A stretch of 64,000 nucleotides of DNA, from positions 57,732 through 121,731 of the forward strand of contig JAZSNU010000011.1 of assembly GCA_045536565.1 (NCBI GenBank). The letters are read 5' to 3'. Every line of letters starts with the position of its first letter. Position 1 is the stretch's first letter. The translations under genes were made by a program, and so were the position numbers. The stretch comes from Clostridia bacterium (lineage in GTDB: Bacteria > Bacillota > Clostridia > TANB77 > CAG-465). This document shows positions 19,778 to 29,994 of the stretch, piece after piece. The notes below the pieces were generated by a model. The model saw only the letters and a list, made by a program, of their open reading frames with translations. It did no database searches and was not told where the DNA came from.

Positions 19778-20494
19778 TTATTTAATTTGTTTTTTATTAA
19801 AACAAAGATACCAATCCATACAATCATATTCCTTCATATGTTCTGCTTTTTCTAACATTTCAGCTTGATTTTTTGGAGCAGGTGATATTGTAGGCATTCC
19901 AGGAATCCAATTGGCTGGTGTTGCTACCTTATTCACATCAGATTCTTGAAGTGCTTCAACCATTCTTAGTATTTCACCAATGTTTCTACCAAGGGATGCA
20001 GGGTATTGTAAAATTGCTCTGATTTTACCTTCTGGACAAATTATATATACACTTCTTACAGTTGATTCGTTGTTATTGTTCATCATGCCATATAATTTAG
20101 CAATTTTTGAATGTTTATCGTCTATTATTGGGAAAGGTACTTTTATACCGGTATTTTTGTAAATGTCATATACCCAAGAAAGATGTGAAGTCATATTATC
20201 AACTGAAAGTCCAAGTAATTCACAATTTCTTTTTTTAAATTCTGGATAATATTTACTAAATGATATAAATTCGGTTGTGCATACAGGTGTGAAGTCTCCT
20301 GGATGACAAAAAAATACAAGCCATTTCCCTTTATAATCACTTAACTTACATTCACCAAATGTTGTATTTGCACTAAAATCTGGTGCTTTATTTTCGATCA
20401 TTAAGCATTTTGAGTTACATTCGTTATATGTATAATTTTTATTATCTAGCATATTTGAGCAATATCTTGCGTTTTCATCGTTAATATAATCCAT
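19778..20494 (-). CDS. Peroxiredoxin (Prx6 type)
   Basis: HPGDFTPVCTTEF, GRNIGEILR, TPANW, DWYLC. Confidence 0.92.
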   Translation of the reverse strand: MDYINDENARYCSNMLDNKNYTYNECNSKCLMIENKAPDFSANTTFGECKLSDYKGKWLVFFCHPGDFTPVCTTEFISFSKYYPEFKKRNCELLGLSVDNMTSHLSWVYDIYKNTGIKVPFPIIDDKHSKIAKLYGMMNNNNESTVRSVYIICPEGKIRAILQYPASLGRNIGEILRMVEALQESDVNKVATPANWIPGMPTISPAPKNQAEMLEKAEHMKEYDCMDWYLCFNKKQIK

Positions 20495-20615
20495 ATATTT
20501 ACCTCCTAATATATGGTATACATTGGACAAAAAACATGTTACAAAAAAATAAAATATGGGAAAAAATTTGGCAACCAAATACATATTGATTGTTAGATGT
20601 ATTTAAGAGTCAAAA

Positions 20616-20678
20616 TGGTGAAAATTGTTTAATATGTTGTGAAAATACATAAAACTATTCTGAATAATAAATTATAAT
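20616..20678 (+). promoter_or_regulatory. Putative LytTR (AgrA) direct repeat plus -10 for agrBD
   Basis: TGGTGAAAAT at 20616 and TTGTGAAAAT at 20637 (21-bp period), TATAAT at 20673, poor -35. Confidence 0.5.
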
Positions 20679-20764
20679 TTTAAAATAACATTTTTAATTG
20701 TTACAAACAATATAAAAAAATATTTCCTCTTTTTAATATACAATAATTTCAGGGAGAGGATAGT

Positions 20765-21391
20765 ATGGTAGAAAAAATTAGTAATAGTATTCTTAACATA
20801 TTATCTGATAAAGATGATTCAGAGGAACAAAAAGAAATATTACTTTTTGGAATAACTAGGATAGTAGAAGATATACCTAAGTATATAGGTATGATTATAA
20901 TTTGCTTGTTATTAGGAGTAATAAAAGAATTTGCCATTGTTATGGGTGTAACTATAATATATAAAACTTTTACTGGTGGGGTACACTTACATACAAATAT
21001 TGGGTGCTTTATAGGGTCTCTTCTATCAGTTCTGTGTTGTATTTACTTACCAATTTTATTAATAGAATTTACCAATTTGATAATACCGTTTTATGTATTT
21101 GTATATATCTTCTCGATATATGTAATATTGGTTTATGTACCAGCGGATGTTCCTGAAATTCCTATAATAAATAAGGGAAGAAGAAAAAGGGATAAGATTA
21201 TGTCTTTTATTATACTAAACTTATTATACATATTATGTTTGTTTGTTATAAAAAATCCAGTATATGTAGGTATAGTTTTGGTAACGATTTTAAATATAGA
21301 CATAATGACAACTAGAACAATATATAAATTATTTAAAAATGAATATGGGTATGAAACATATGTCCCAGATGAGCTATTAATGACAGAGTAA
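20765..21391 (+). CDS. agrB: Accessory gene regulator B (AIP-processing peptidase)
   Basis: KTFTGGVHLHTNIGC (His/Cys catalytic pair), YVPAD..PI, multiple TMs. Confidence 0.9.
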   Translation: MVEKISNSILNILSDKDDSEEQKEILLFGITRIVEDIPKYIGMIIICLLLGVIKEFAIVMGVTIIYKTFTGGVHLHTNIGCFIGSLLSVLCCIYLPILLIEFTNLIIPFYVFVYIFSIYVILVYVPADVPEIPIINKGRRKRDKIMSFIILNLLYILCLFVIKNPVYVGIVLVTILNIDIMTTRTIYKLFKNEYGYETYVPDELLMTE

Positions 21392-21459
21392 TTTTACTAA
21401 CCATGGGGTAAGATTATCTGTTTTTAATATATATAAATGATTTTTAGGAGGTATTTTAT

Positions 21460-21573
21460 ATGAAATCATTATTAAGAAAAATAGCAAAAACATATGCTAA
21501 ATCAACAACTAATACTTGCTTAGCATGGATGTTCCACGCAAACAAAGCTCCAAGAACTTTAATAAAAAAATAA
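21460..21573 (+). CDS. agrD: AgrD cyclic (thio)lactone autoinducer precursor, 37 aa
   Basis: MKSLLRKIAKTYAKSTTNTCLAWMFHANKAPRTLIKK; AGGAGG RBS; directly after agrB. Confidence 0.88.
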   Translation: MKSLLRKIAKTYAKSTTNTCLAWMFHANKAPRTLIKK

Positions 21574-21596
21574 CAAGAATATATATTTAAAATATT

Positions 21597-21631
21597 AGCA
21601 AGCCTCTAAATTACACAAAGAGGCTTGCTTA
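21597..21631. terminator. Bidirectional terminator between agrD and agrC
   Basis: AGCAAGCCTCT...AGAGGCTTGCT. Confidence 0.85.
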
Positions 21632-21634
21632 ATG

Positions 21635-22981
21635 TTATTTATCGAATGTTAATGTTTGTGTAAAGAACTTGGTATCATAGTCAACATTTGGAACAATATC
21701 ACCTTTGTTGTTTTTCTTGAAGAATTTAAGAACTTCATATAGCCCAAAACCAGAAGGGTTTTCTTTTGTAGAATAGTCTTTTTCAAACATTTTAATTACA
21801 TCTATTTTACTAGGATTTTTAACAGAATTACCTATTATGATAACATCTTGTTTTCTATTTTCATCATAATACATTTCTAATTTTAGTTTTCTATCTTTGG
21901 ATTCTAATGCTGCTTCAATTGCATTATCAAGCAATATACCAATTATTCTTGATAACTCGAAACTTGGAAAATTAATTTTTGCTACATCGCATGCTATATC
22001 AAGAGAAAGTGTTAGATTATTATCTCTTGCATAAAGCATTTTACTAACTACTACACCATATATAGCAGGGTCGTTAATTACCTTTGGTGATAATATTGAT
22101 AGTAGGTTAATATCATTAAAACCATGTAATAGATTTTTACAATATGATTTTACACCATCAATATTTCCAACAGCTAGGTAACCGTTTATCGATTGAACCA
22201 TATTACCCATATCATGCTTAAAACCACGAATATTTTCATTTATTGTTGCTAATGCTTTATTATGGAGTTTTGTATTTTCTAATTCCAGTTCTGTATCTTT
22301 AAAAAGAGTCCTTTTTTCCATATACCAAAAAGAAAAAATAGAAACAACTAATAATTGAATTGTATTTATAATTACAAAAGTAGCAGGATAATTATAATCA
22401 TTTGAAAACATGAAGAACATTGTAGGCATTAATGTTAAAATAATTATAAGTCCTTCATATAATATAAATTTATAGTTGATTTTTCTTGTTTTAACAAAAA
22501 TTTTATTTAACTTATACCTAATTGCTTTATCTATGCAAAGAATAAAGATTCCATAAATTAGGCTAGTTATAATGCTAATAGTATAATATATAAATTTATT
22601 ATTAATAATACTATCCATAGAATCAACAAATACTGATAATATTATAACTGTTATCATATCAAATATAAATGGTATAAAAACACCAATTACAGAGATTATT
22701 ATGGATTTAATTATATTTGCATGAAATACAAAATGTGCTATAAGACAAGAGGTTATAATTATTATAGTAGGTTTTATAAAAGATACATCTATCAAATATG
22801 TATGTAGAAATGTTGCAAACAATGCAATTGGAAGCATATATAAAAAACTTACAAACAGTTTTTTATAACGGTAAACTTCTTTACATATAATGTTTGCTAA
22901 TACATAAATAGTATAAACTTGTGTAAATGATACTATAATTGTAGATATGATATACAATAAAATTTCTAATAATTTTTCCAT
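21635..22981 (-). CDS. agrC: AgrC-like GHKL sensor histidine kinase
   Basis: 6-7 TMs, FKHD, ILLDNAIEA, YSTK..GFGL. Confidence 0.88.
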   Translation of the reverse strand: MEKLLEILLYIISTIIVSFTQVYTIYVLANIICKEVYRYKKLFVSFLYMLPIALFATFLHTYLIDVSFIKPTIIIITSCLIAHFVFHANIIKSIIISVIGVFIPFIFDMITVIILSVFVDSMDSIINNKFIYYTISIITSLIYGIFILCIDKAIRYKLNKIFVKTRKINYKFILYEGLIIILTLMPTMFFMFSNDYNYPATFVIINTIQLLVVSIFSFWYMEKRTLFKDTELELENTKLHNKALATINENIRGFKHDMGNMVQSINGYLAVGNIDGVKSYCKNLLHGFNDINLLSILSPKVINDPAIYGVVVSKMLYARDNNLTLSLDIACDVAKINFPSFELSRIIGILLDNAIEAALESKDRKLKLEMYYDENRKQDVIIIGNSVKNPSKIDVIKMFEKDYSTKENPSGFGLYEVLKFFKKNNKGDIVPNVDYDTKFFTQTLTFDK

Positions 22982-23002
22982 AATTTATAATTCCTTTCTA
23001 TA

Positions 23003-23677
23003 TTAAGTTATATTTCCCATTGGACAAGAGATAGATTCGGTGAAAAACACTTTACTATCTAGTTTGTTAACTTCTGTTATTGCTTCGGTATTAATAATAT
23101 ATGATCTATGATTTCTAATAAAAATATCATTAGGTAGTGTTTTATAAATATTATTAAGTGACATAGAGGATTCATAAACACAGTTCCTAGCATGTATATA
23201 GGTTTTATTAAATTTTCTTTCAATAAAGAAAATATCATTTGCCCTAATAGATAGACCTCTTTTTATGTTTATAAATACTTTGTTTTCAGAAGATGAAAAT
23301 TCTTCTTTAAACCTATTAAATATAGCTGTAAGTGCAGAAGTTGAAATAGGTTTAAGTAAATAATCAAAAGTTTTACATTTGAAAGATAATAATGAATATT
23401 CGTAATGTGCAGTAAGAAATACTAAATAGAAATTCTTGTTTATTTTTCTTAAATCTGTTGCAAATTCAACACCATTTTTACCACCATTTTGAAAATCCAC
23501 ATCTAAAAATAATATATCTATATTGTTATTTTTAATTTCATCATAAATTATATTTTGGTTATCCGTTACAGTTGTAATTTCAGCATCTATATCTAGTTCA
23601 ATTATTATTGATTCCATAAGTTTTGCAATGTTTTCGATACTCTTTAAGTTATCATCACATAAAGCAATTTTTAACAT
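23003..23677 (-). CDS. agrA: AgrA-like LytTR response regulator
   Basis: CDD, FLDV, FLTAH, YLLKP receiver; FIRNHRSYIIN LytTR motif. Confidence 0.9.
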   Translation of the reverse strand: MLKIALCDDNLKSIENIAKLMESIIIELDIDAEITTVTDNQNIIYDEIKNNNIDILFLDVDFQNGGKNGVEFATDLRKINKNFYLVFLTAHYEYSLLSFKCKTFDYLLKPISTSALTAIFNRFKEEFSSSENKVFINIKRGLSIRANDIFFIERKFNKTYIHARNCVYESSMSLNNIYKTLPNDIFIRNHRSYIINTEAITEVNKLDSKVFFTESISCPMGNIT

Positions 23678-23848
23678 TAATTTTTACCTCTTTTTTCCAA
23701 TTTTATATATTATATAATAATACAAAATTCTAGAAAAATCAACAATAAAATAGTAAACTGACAGTTGCTAAAATAACGCTGGGAGTAACAAAAAAACTTT
23801 CATAAAATTTAAAAAACAATAATAATATGTATATAGGAGGAATAGTAT

Positions 23849-24145
23849 ATGGCGTGGCTTAGAAACAATATAAAAGAGGTAAATGAGAAGATTAGAGATA
23901 AAATAAATAAGGTGTTAGAATTACCAACTGAAATGGTAGGTGATACGCTTAGAGTTATAACAATAAATAATGAATATGTGCTAATCGAGGGAAAAAGTAA
24001 AGTAGCAGATTATTTTGATAATTATATAAAAATAAAAACAGAAAAATATACCATTGGTATTGATGGTAGTAATTTAATCATAAAAGAAATAAGTGATATT
24101 GATTTAATAATAAGTGGGGAAATAAACAACATTTCTTATGTGTAA
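23849..24145 (+). CDS. yqfC: Sporulation protein YqfC (YabP family)
   Basis: LELP.E, I.I.G.NL.I; upstream of yqfD. Confidence 0.8.
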   Translation: MAWLRNNIKEVNEKIRDKINKVLELPTEMVGDTLRVITINNEYVLIEGKSKVADYFDNYIKIKTEKYTIGIDGSNLIIKEISDIDLIISGEINNISYV

Positions 24146-24159
24146 TATGAGGAGATAAT

Positions 24160-25338
24160 ATGAAAATAAGTAAATTAACAGATAAATTTAAAAAAGGAAC
24201 AATAATTGTAGAGGTAGAAGGATTTTTTGTTGAAAGGTTTTTAAATCTATGTAAGAATAACAATATAGAAATACATGATGTAAAATACATAACAGCAGGA
24301 ATTATAACTTTTAGAATAAGCTCAAATAAGTTTACTCATATTAGAAAAATTGCAAATAAAACTAAATGTAAAGCAAAAATAAAAAAGAAAAAAGGTATAT
24401 ACTTTGTGCTATTTAGGTATAAAAAAAGAAGAATGTTTTTCTTTTTATTTTTACTAGTGATACTTGCTTTAATTACTTTATCTACATTTGTTTTAAAGAT
24501 AAATATAACTGGAAATAGTAATGTAAGTAATAAAGAAATTTTAGACATCTTAAAAGAAGCAGATGTGTATGTTGGTAAAAACCGTCTGTTTATAGATGAA
24601 AGAAAAGCAGGTAATATGTTAAGAACTAAACTTTATGACATAGCATGGGTAGGTATAGATATAAAAGGAACAAATGTGAATGTTGAAATTGTCGAAAAAA
24701 CACTAATAGAAGATGATGAAAATAAAAATGCGGTAGGTAATATAGTAGCAAATAAATCTGGTATTATAACAAAAATAATTGCAGAAAATGGTACTCCTAG
24801 ACTTCTTACTGGTAGTTATATTGAAAAGGGAATGACAGCAATTGAAGGTGTTATAGAAAGTGAATTGATAGGAAATGTAAATGTAAAAGCAAGTGGAATA
24901 CTAAGAGTGAAAAGTTCTCATACATTTGAAACTTATGAAAAATATGTTATAGAAGAAAAAGTATATACAAAGAAGAAAAAATATGGTGTAGGAATTAGTA
25001 TTAATGATAAACAATTTACATTAAAATATTTGCCAAAAGAATATATTTATGATATAAATAAAAAAGAGAAAGAATTTAAAATATTTGGCACTTCTATTAA
25101 GATTATGCTATTTAAATATCCACAATATAATTTAGTGAAGAAAACTAGAACAATTGAGGGGTTACAAGAGATATGTAAAAATAAATATATAGAATATATT
25201 AATAGTATAATTGATATCGATATGTCTTTACTAAATGAAAAAGTTGAGGTTGTAAAACAAGACGATGGAATAAAATATATAGTTACATATGATTTAGAGG
25301 AAGATGCAGGTAAATTTCAAAAAACAGGAGAAAAATAG
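24160..25338 (+). CDS. yqfD: Sporulation protein YqfD (SpoIV)
   Basis: EG...ERFLN, KKG..F, I.GN, AWVGI.IKGT, NIVA.KSGII. Confidence 0.88.
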   Translation: MKISKLTDKFKKGTIIVEVEGFFVERFLNLCKNNNIEIHDVKYITAGIITFRISSNKFTHIRKIANKTKCKAKIKKKKGIYFVLFRYKKRRMFFFLFLLVILALITLSTFVLKINITGNSNVSNKEILDILKEADVYVGKNRLFIDERKAGNMLRTKLYDIAWVGIDIKGTNVNVEIVEKTLIEDDENKNAVGNIVANKSGIITKIIAENGTPRLLTGSYIEKGMTAIEGVIESELIGNVNVKASGILRVKSSHTFETYEKYVIEEKVYTKKKKYGVGISINDKQFTLKYLPKEYIYDINKKEKEFKIFGTSIKIMLFKYPQYNLVKKTRTIEGLQEICKNKYIEYINSIIDIDMSLLNEKVEVVKQDDGIKYIVTYDLEEDAGKFQKTGEK

Positions 25339-25835
25339 TGAATATAAACATTGATTTTTATACAGATTATGAGGACGAAAATAAAGTAAAAGAGTATAAT
25401 AAATTTTTAGAAGAATATAAAAATAAAATTGAAAAGATAGTAATAAGGGCATTTGAGTTAAACGGCATATCATTAAACAATATATATATAGGTATAGGAA
25501 TAGTAAAAAAAGAAACTATTCATGACATGAATAAAGAACATAGAAATGTAGATAGGGAGACAGATGTACTATCTTTTCCAATGTATGAAAAGGAAGAACT
25601 AAATAAATTAAATAAAATACCAGAAAATGAAGAAATATCAATAGGTGACATAGTGTTATGTATGGATGTTATAGAAAAGCAAGCAGTAGAATATGAAACT
25701 GGTTTTAACAGAGAAATGTTATACATGATAACTCATGGTATATGTCATCTTTTAGGATATGATCATATTATTGAAGAAGAAAAAAATGATATGAGAAAAA
25801 TGGAAGAAATGATATTATTAGAAATAGGAGAATAA
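25338..25835 (+). CDS. ybeY: rRNA maturation endoribonuclease YbeY
   Basis: TDVLSFP, HGICHLLGYDH. Confidence 0.95.
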   Translation: MNINIDFYTDYEDENKVKEYNKFLEEYKNKIEKIVIRAFELNGISLNNIYIGIGIVKKETIHDMNKEHRNVDRETDVLSFPMYEKEELNKLNKIPENEEISIGDIVLCMDVIEKQAVEYETGFNREMLYMITHGICHLLGYDHIIEEEKNDMRKMEEMILLEIGE

Positions 25836-25839
25836 GAAA

Positions 25840-26619
25840 ATGAGTGAAGATTTAAAAGGAAATAATCTTGATGAAAATGTGGACAAGGTTACTAAAAATA
25901 AAACATGGTTTTCAGCGACTAAAAATGCTTTAAATGGAATTATACAAGCATTTAAAACAGAGAGAAATTTAAGAATTGACTATATACTAGGTGTACTAGT
26001 ATTTTGTGCAAGTTTCTTCTTTGATTTTACAAAAACAGAGTTTGCAGCGCTTTGTCTTACAATCGGATTTGTAATATTTGCAGAAATGATAAATTCGACA
26101 GTTGAATATATGGTAGATTTAATTACAGAAAAATATGATGAAAGAGCAAAAGCTGCAAAAGATATTGCAGCAGGTGGTGTACTTATAGCAGCTACAGTTG
26201 CGGTACTTAATGCATATTTCTTATTCATTGACAAGATTAAGGATGCATCAACAATAATGCTTGAAAGAATATTAAGTTCAAATACTCATACATTAGTTGC
26301 TATATTATTTGTAGTGGTACTTTTTGTAGTTATATTAAAAGGAATTTTTAGTAAGGATAGAAATCATGTAAAAAGTTTTCCAAGTGCAAGGATAGTAATA
26401 AGTTATGGACTAGCAACATATCTATTAATAATAACACAGAATTTAATTGTAGGAGCAGTATCATTTGTATTATGCTTTATGATAAGTCAGTTAAAAAGAG
26501 AAAATGATAAAATTACAACCTCATATGTAATACTTAGCGCACTTCTTGGAATACTATTAGTACTAATTGTATATCAAATAACATTAATAAATCCTGTGCT
26601 TACAGAGGTGATGAAGTAA
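25840..26619 (+). CDS. dgkA: Diacylglycerol/undecaprenol kinase with PAP2-like C-terminal extension
   Basis: ERN, AEMINSTVE, AKDIAAGGVL. Confidence 0.88.
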   Translation: MSEDLKGNNLDENVDKVTKNKTWFSATKNALNGIIQAFKTERNLRIDYILGVLVFCASFFFDFTKTEFAALCLTIGFVIFAEMINSTVEYMVDLITEKYDERAKAAKDIAAGGVLIAATVAVLNAYFLFIDKIKDASTIMLERILSSNTHTLVAILFVVVLFVVILKGIFSKDRNHVKSFPSARIVISYGLATYLLIITQNLIVGAVSFVLCFMISQLKRENDKITTSYVILSALLGILLVLIVYQITLINPVLTEVMK

Positions 26620-26673
26620 AATAAAGTGTACGAAATAATCGTACAGTTGAGATAATTAAATTGGAGGTAACAA

Positions 26674-27111
26674 ATGACAAATGAAGAGTTAATAAAAATA
26701 GCGGAAGATACAAGGAAATATTCAAGGTGTAAGTATACTAAATATTCAGTAGGTGCAGCACTTGTTGGAAAATCTGGAAAGATATATACAGGTTGCAATA
26801 TTGAGCATAGTATTAGTGGCCTTGCATCATGTGCAGAAAGAGTTGCATTCATGAAGGCTATATCAGAAGGAGAGTCTGAATTTGAGAAAATAGCTGTTGT
26901 TGGAGGTTACCATGGCAAAGACTGTGAACCAATGTTAATTCCGTGTATGGTGTGTGTTCAGTATATGCTTGATTTTGTAGATGATATTAAAGTTGTTTGT
27001 TACATAGACTCAAAAATAGAAGAAATGCATTTAACAGATCCAAGATTACTTAGCTTAAATGTTAATAGAAAAGTAAAAATGAAAAAGTTTGATAAAAAGG
27101 AAAATGAGTAA
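26674..27111 (+). CDS. cdd: Cytidine deaminase (divergent)
   Basis: VGAAL, GCNIE, CAER, PCxxC; ybeY-dgkA-cdd synteny. Confidence 0.85.
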   Translation: MTNEELIKIAEDTRKYSRCKYTKYSVGAALVGKSGKIYTGCNIEHSISGLASCAERVAFMKAISEGESEFEKIAVVGGYHGKDCEPMLIPCMVCVQYMLDFVDDIKVVCYIDSKIEEMHLTDPRLLSLNVNRKVKMKKFDKKENE

Positions 27112-27147
27112 ATAGACAAAATATATATCACTCAGTACATTCATAAA

Positions 27148-27948
27148 ATGTATTGGGTGATTTTTTTGAAGATTATAGATAAAATATTAAAAGATAGTAA
27201 AACAAGAAATTTTGTAATAGCGGTAATATTACTATTATTAACATATCTAATAATAATATTTTTAACTGAAAATGATAAGAGTTTTAGTAAGGAGTTACCA
27301 GTTAGTAATATGCAAAATACACAAAGTAATAACATGAAAGATATATTAGAAGATGAACTATATGTCATACAAAATATATCCGAAACAGATGAGGCATATG
27401 AAATAAATATATATTATCCACATACAACAGATAAAGCGTTAAATTCATATATAAATAATAAATTAGATTTATATATTAAAGATATAAAGTATCAAGCGAG
27501 TAATTATGAAAAAGAAGTAAATAGTGGCAAATATAAATTAAATATTTTATTTAATGTAACAAAAAGTAATAACTACATTTCGTTTATATTCTATGTGACA
27601 CAAGATGTGAAGTACTTGCATCCTAATGAATATATTTTTGTAATAAATTATGATAAGTCATTAAAGAAGGTAATAATGCAAGAGGAGATAGAAAATATGT
27701 ATCCAAATCTTTACTATAATTTATCAGAATACACATATAAAGAATTGTTAAAAAATGAAAACATAAAAAATATGGGAGCATTAAATATGCTTGAAAAAGG
27801 AACTCATGCAAATAAATTTAATTTTATGGACATTGCATTTAAGGGAAATAGTCTACTTGTGTTATTTGAAAAATACCAAGTAGCACCGTATGTTTTAGGC
27901 TCATTTGAGGTTGAAGTGCCACTAGAATATTTAGAAGAAAAAAGATAA
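27148..27948 (+). CDS. DUF3298/RsiV/PdaC-like membrane-anchored protein
   Basis: TM helix, I.YP, HPN, F.KYQVAPY..G..EV.VP. Confidence 0.75.
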   Translation: MYWVIFLKIIDKILKDSKTRNFVIAVILLLLTYLIIIFLTENDKSFSKELPVSNMQNTQSNNMKDILEDELYVIQNISETDEAYEINIYYPHTTDKALNSYINNKLDLYIKDIKYQASNYEKEVNSGKYKLNILFNVTKSNNYISFIFYVTQDVKYLHPNEYIFVINYDKSLKKVIMQEEIENMYPNLYYNLSEYTYKELLKNENIKNMGALNMLEKGTHANKFNFMDIAFKGNSLLVLFEKYQVAPYVLGSFEVEVPLEYLEEKR

Positions 27949-28013
27949 ATATTTTTGTAATTATTGATAAATTATATTGTTATGGTAAAATATCATATAT
28001 AAAGAGGTAACAT

Positions 28014-28568
28014 ATGAAAGATTATTATGAACTATTAGAAGTAAATAAAAATGCATCAGATGAAACTATAAAAAAGGTTTTTCGAATGCTAATTAAGAAA
28101 AACCATCCTGACCTATTTGATGGTGAAGAAAAAATAAAAGCAGAAGAAAAAGTAAAAGAGTTAAACGAGGCATATGAGGTTGTTATAGATAAGGAAAAAA
28201 GAAAAGAATATGATTTGAGGCTTGAAGAGTATAACAAAAAAAGTGAAGAAAAAATAAATATTTTACTAGAAGAAAATGAATATCTAAAAACTGTAATTAA
28301 TGAAAAAAATCAACTAATAAAAGAGTTTCTTGCTCAGATGGGTATAAACGAAGATGGTTATGCTGAAACATATGAAAACGATAATATTGCTGAAAATGTT
28401 AACGATGTGAATATGGAAGATGCATATAATTTATATAACAAAAAAGTATTTATAAAAAAGATAATATCATCAGCAATTATTATAGTTGCAGGTGCAATAA
28501 TACTGTGGGGTGTTACTGGCATAAATTTATTTAAAATATTTATTGATGTGTTTAAAACTATGTTTTAG
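28014..28568 (+). CDS. DnaJ-domain protein with C-terminal TM
   Basis: DYYELLEV, HPD, LNEAYEV. Confidence 0.9.
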   Translation: MKDYYELLEVNKNASDETIKKVFRMLIKKNHPDLFDGEEKIKAEEKVKELNEAYEVVIDKEKRKEYDLRLEEYNKKSEEKINILLEENEYLKTVINEKNQLIKEFLAQMGINEDGYAETYENDNIAENVNDVNMEDAYNLYNKKVFIKKIISSAIIIVAGAIILWGVTGINLFKIFIDVFKTMF

Positions 28569-28577
28569 GAGTGTTAT

Positions 28578-28994
28578 ATGGAAAAGAGAATAAGAGCGGC
28601 AGCTATAATATTTGTGGGCCATCAACTAATTACAATATATAGGGAAAAATTTATAAAGGGAATATTAAAGAAATACTATGTTATTCCAGGTGGTGGAGTG
28701 GAAGATGGCGAAGAAATAATAGAAGCAGTAAAAAGAGAAGTATTAGAAGAACTTGGAATAGAAATTGAAGTTACAGATAAATATTTTTATCTTGAAAAAG
28801 AAAATGCAAAAGAGTATTTTTATTTAGCAAACTATATATCTGGAAAAATCGGAACAGGAACGGGACCAGAATTTACAAGTAGAGATATACAAAAATATGG
28901 TAGTTACGAAGTGAAATTAGTTGATAAGGATAATATACCAAATATTAATTTATTACCACCAGAGGTTAAAGCGTATATATTGCAAAATATGTAA
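28578..28994 (+). CDS. NUDIX hydrolase
   Basis: GGGVEDGEEIIEAVKREVLEELG Nudix box. Confidence 0.92.
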   Translation: MEKRIRAAAIIFVGHQLITIYREKFIKGILKKYYVIPGGGVEDGEEIIEAVKREVLEELGIEIEVTDKYFYLEKENAKEYFYLANYISGKIGTGTGPEFTSRDIQKYGSYEVKLVDKDNIPNINLLPPEVKAYILQNM

Positions 28995-29087
28995 TATATT
29001 GTCGAATAATATCAGAAAAGATTGAAATTTGAATATTTATTGTATAATTTATTATATAAATATTTAAATGAGGGTGGTGTTTGAAAT

Positions 29088-29933
29088 ATGTGTAAAGATC
29101 AAAATAAATATAAACTAAGTGATGAAGAACATGAAAAAAGGTATAAGACGATTGAGAAACGTGTATTTAGGAAAAAAATTAATGTTGATTTTCCAATTGC
29201 AGTTGTGGTAGGTGGTCAACCTGGTTCTGGAAAATCAGTTTTAATAGAACAAGGAATGCTAGAAATTGGAGAAGATAATACCGTTGTTATAAACGGAGAT
29301 GAATATAGGAAGTATCATACTAAATCAAAAGAAATATTACAAAATGATGAATTAGATTATGCGTTTTATACAGATGCAGATGTTAGGGATTGGACTAAAT
29401 CATTGTTTGACAAAGCAATTGATGAAAAATTCAACTTGGTTTTTGAAGGTACAATGCGTACAAAAACGATTTGTGATACATTGAAACGATTAAAGGAAAA
29501 AGGATTTGAGGTTAGAGTTAAAGCAATGTCAGTTAATGGATTAGAAAGCTATTTATCTACACTTATTAGATATGAAGAACAAAAAAATGCTGACGGACAT
29601 GGAAGAATTACTCCTTCAAAATCTCATTCTGATGCATATACAGGAATGCTAGACACATTAGAAGAAATTGAAAAACAAGGATATTTTGATAGTTTAGAGA
29701 TAATTACTCGTGCAGGAGAATGTGTTTATTCTCATACTTCAAACGGAGAAGTAAAGAGTAAGTATAATATGGGGATAAAAGAAACATTAACAAAAAGCAG
29801 AGAGGAACAATTACCAACACTTGAAAAGGTTAAAGAACAATTAGAATGGCTTACTAAATCTAAGGTGAATAGAGGTGAAGAACCTTATGATATAGGTGAA
29901 ATATTAAATATATTAGACGAAAAACAAAAATAG
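29088..29933 (+). CDS. Zeta/PezT-family toxin kinase
   Basis: GGQPGSGKS, INGDEYRKYH, FEGTMR, RYE...GR. Confidence 0.88.
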   Translation: MCKDQNKYKLSDEEHEKRYKTIEKRVFRKKINVDFPIAVVVGGQPGSGKSVLIEQGMLEIGEDNTVVINGDEYRKYHTKSKEILQNDELDYAFYTDADVRDWTKSLFDKAIDEKFNLVFEGTMRTKTICDTLKRLKEKGFEVRVKAMSVNGLESYLSTLIRYEEQKNADGHGRITPSKSHSDAYTGMLDTLEEIEKQGYFDSLEIITRAGECVYSHTSNGEVKSKYNMGIKETLTKSREEQLPTLEKVKEQLEWLTKSKVNRGEEPYDIGEILNILDEKQK

Positions 29934-29994
29934 TATGTACAAATTATGTAAATTATGGTATAATATATTAGGAATAATAAATATGGAGGTAATT

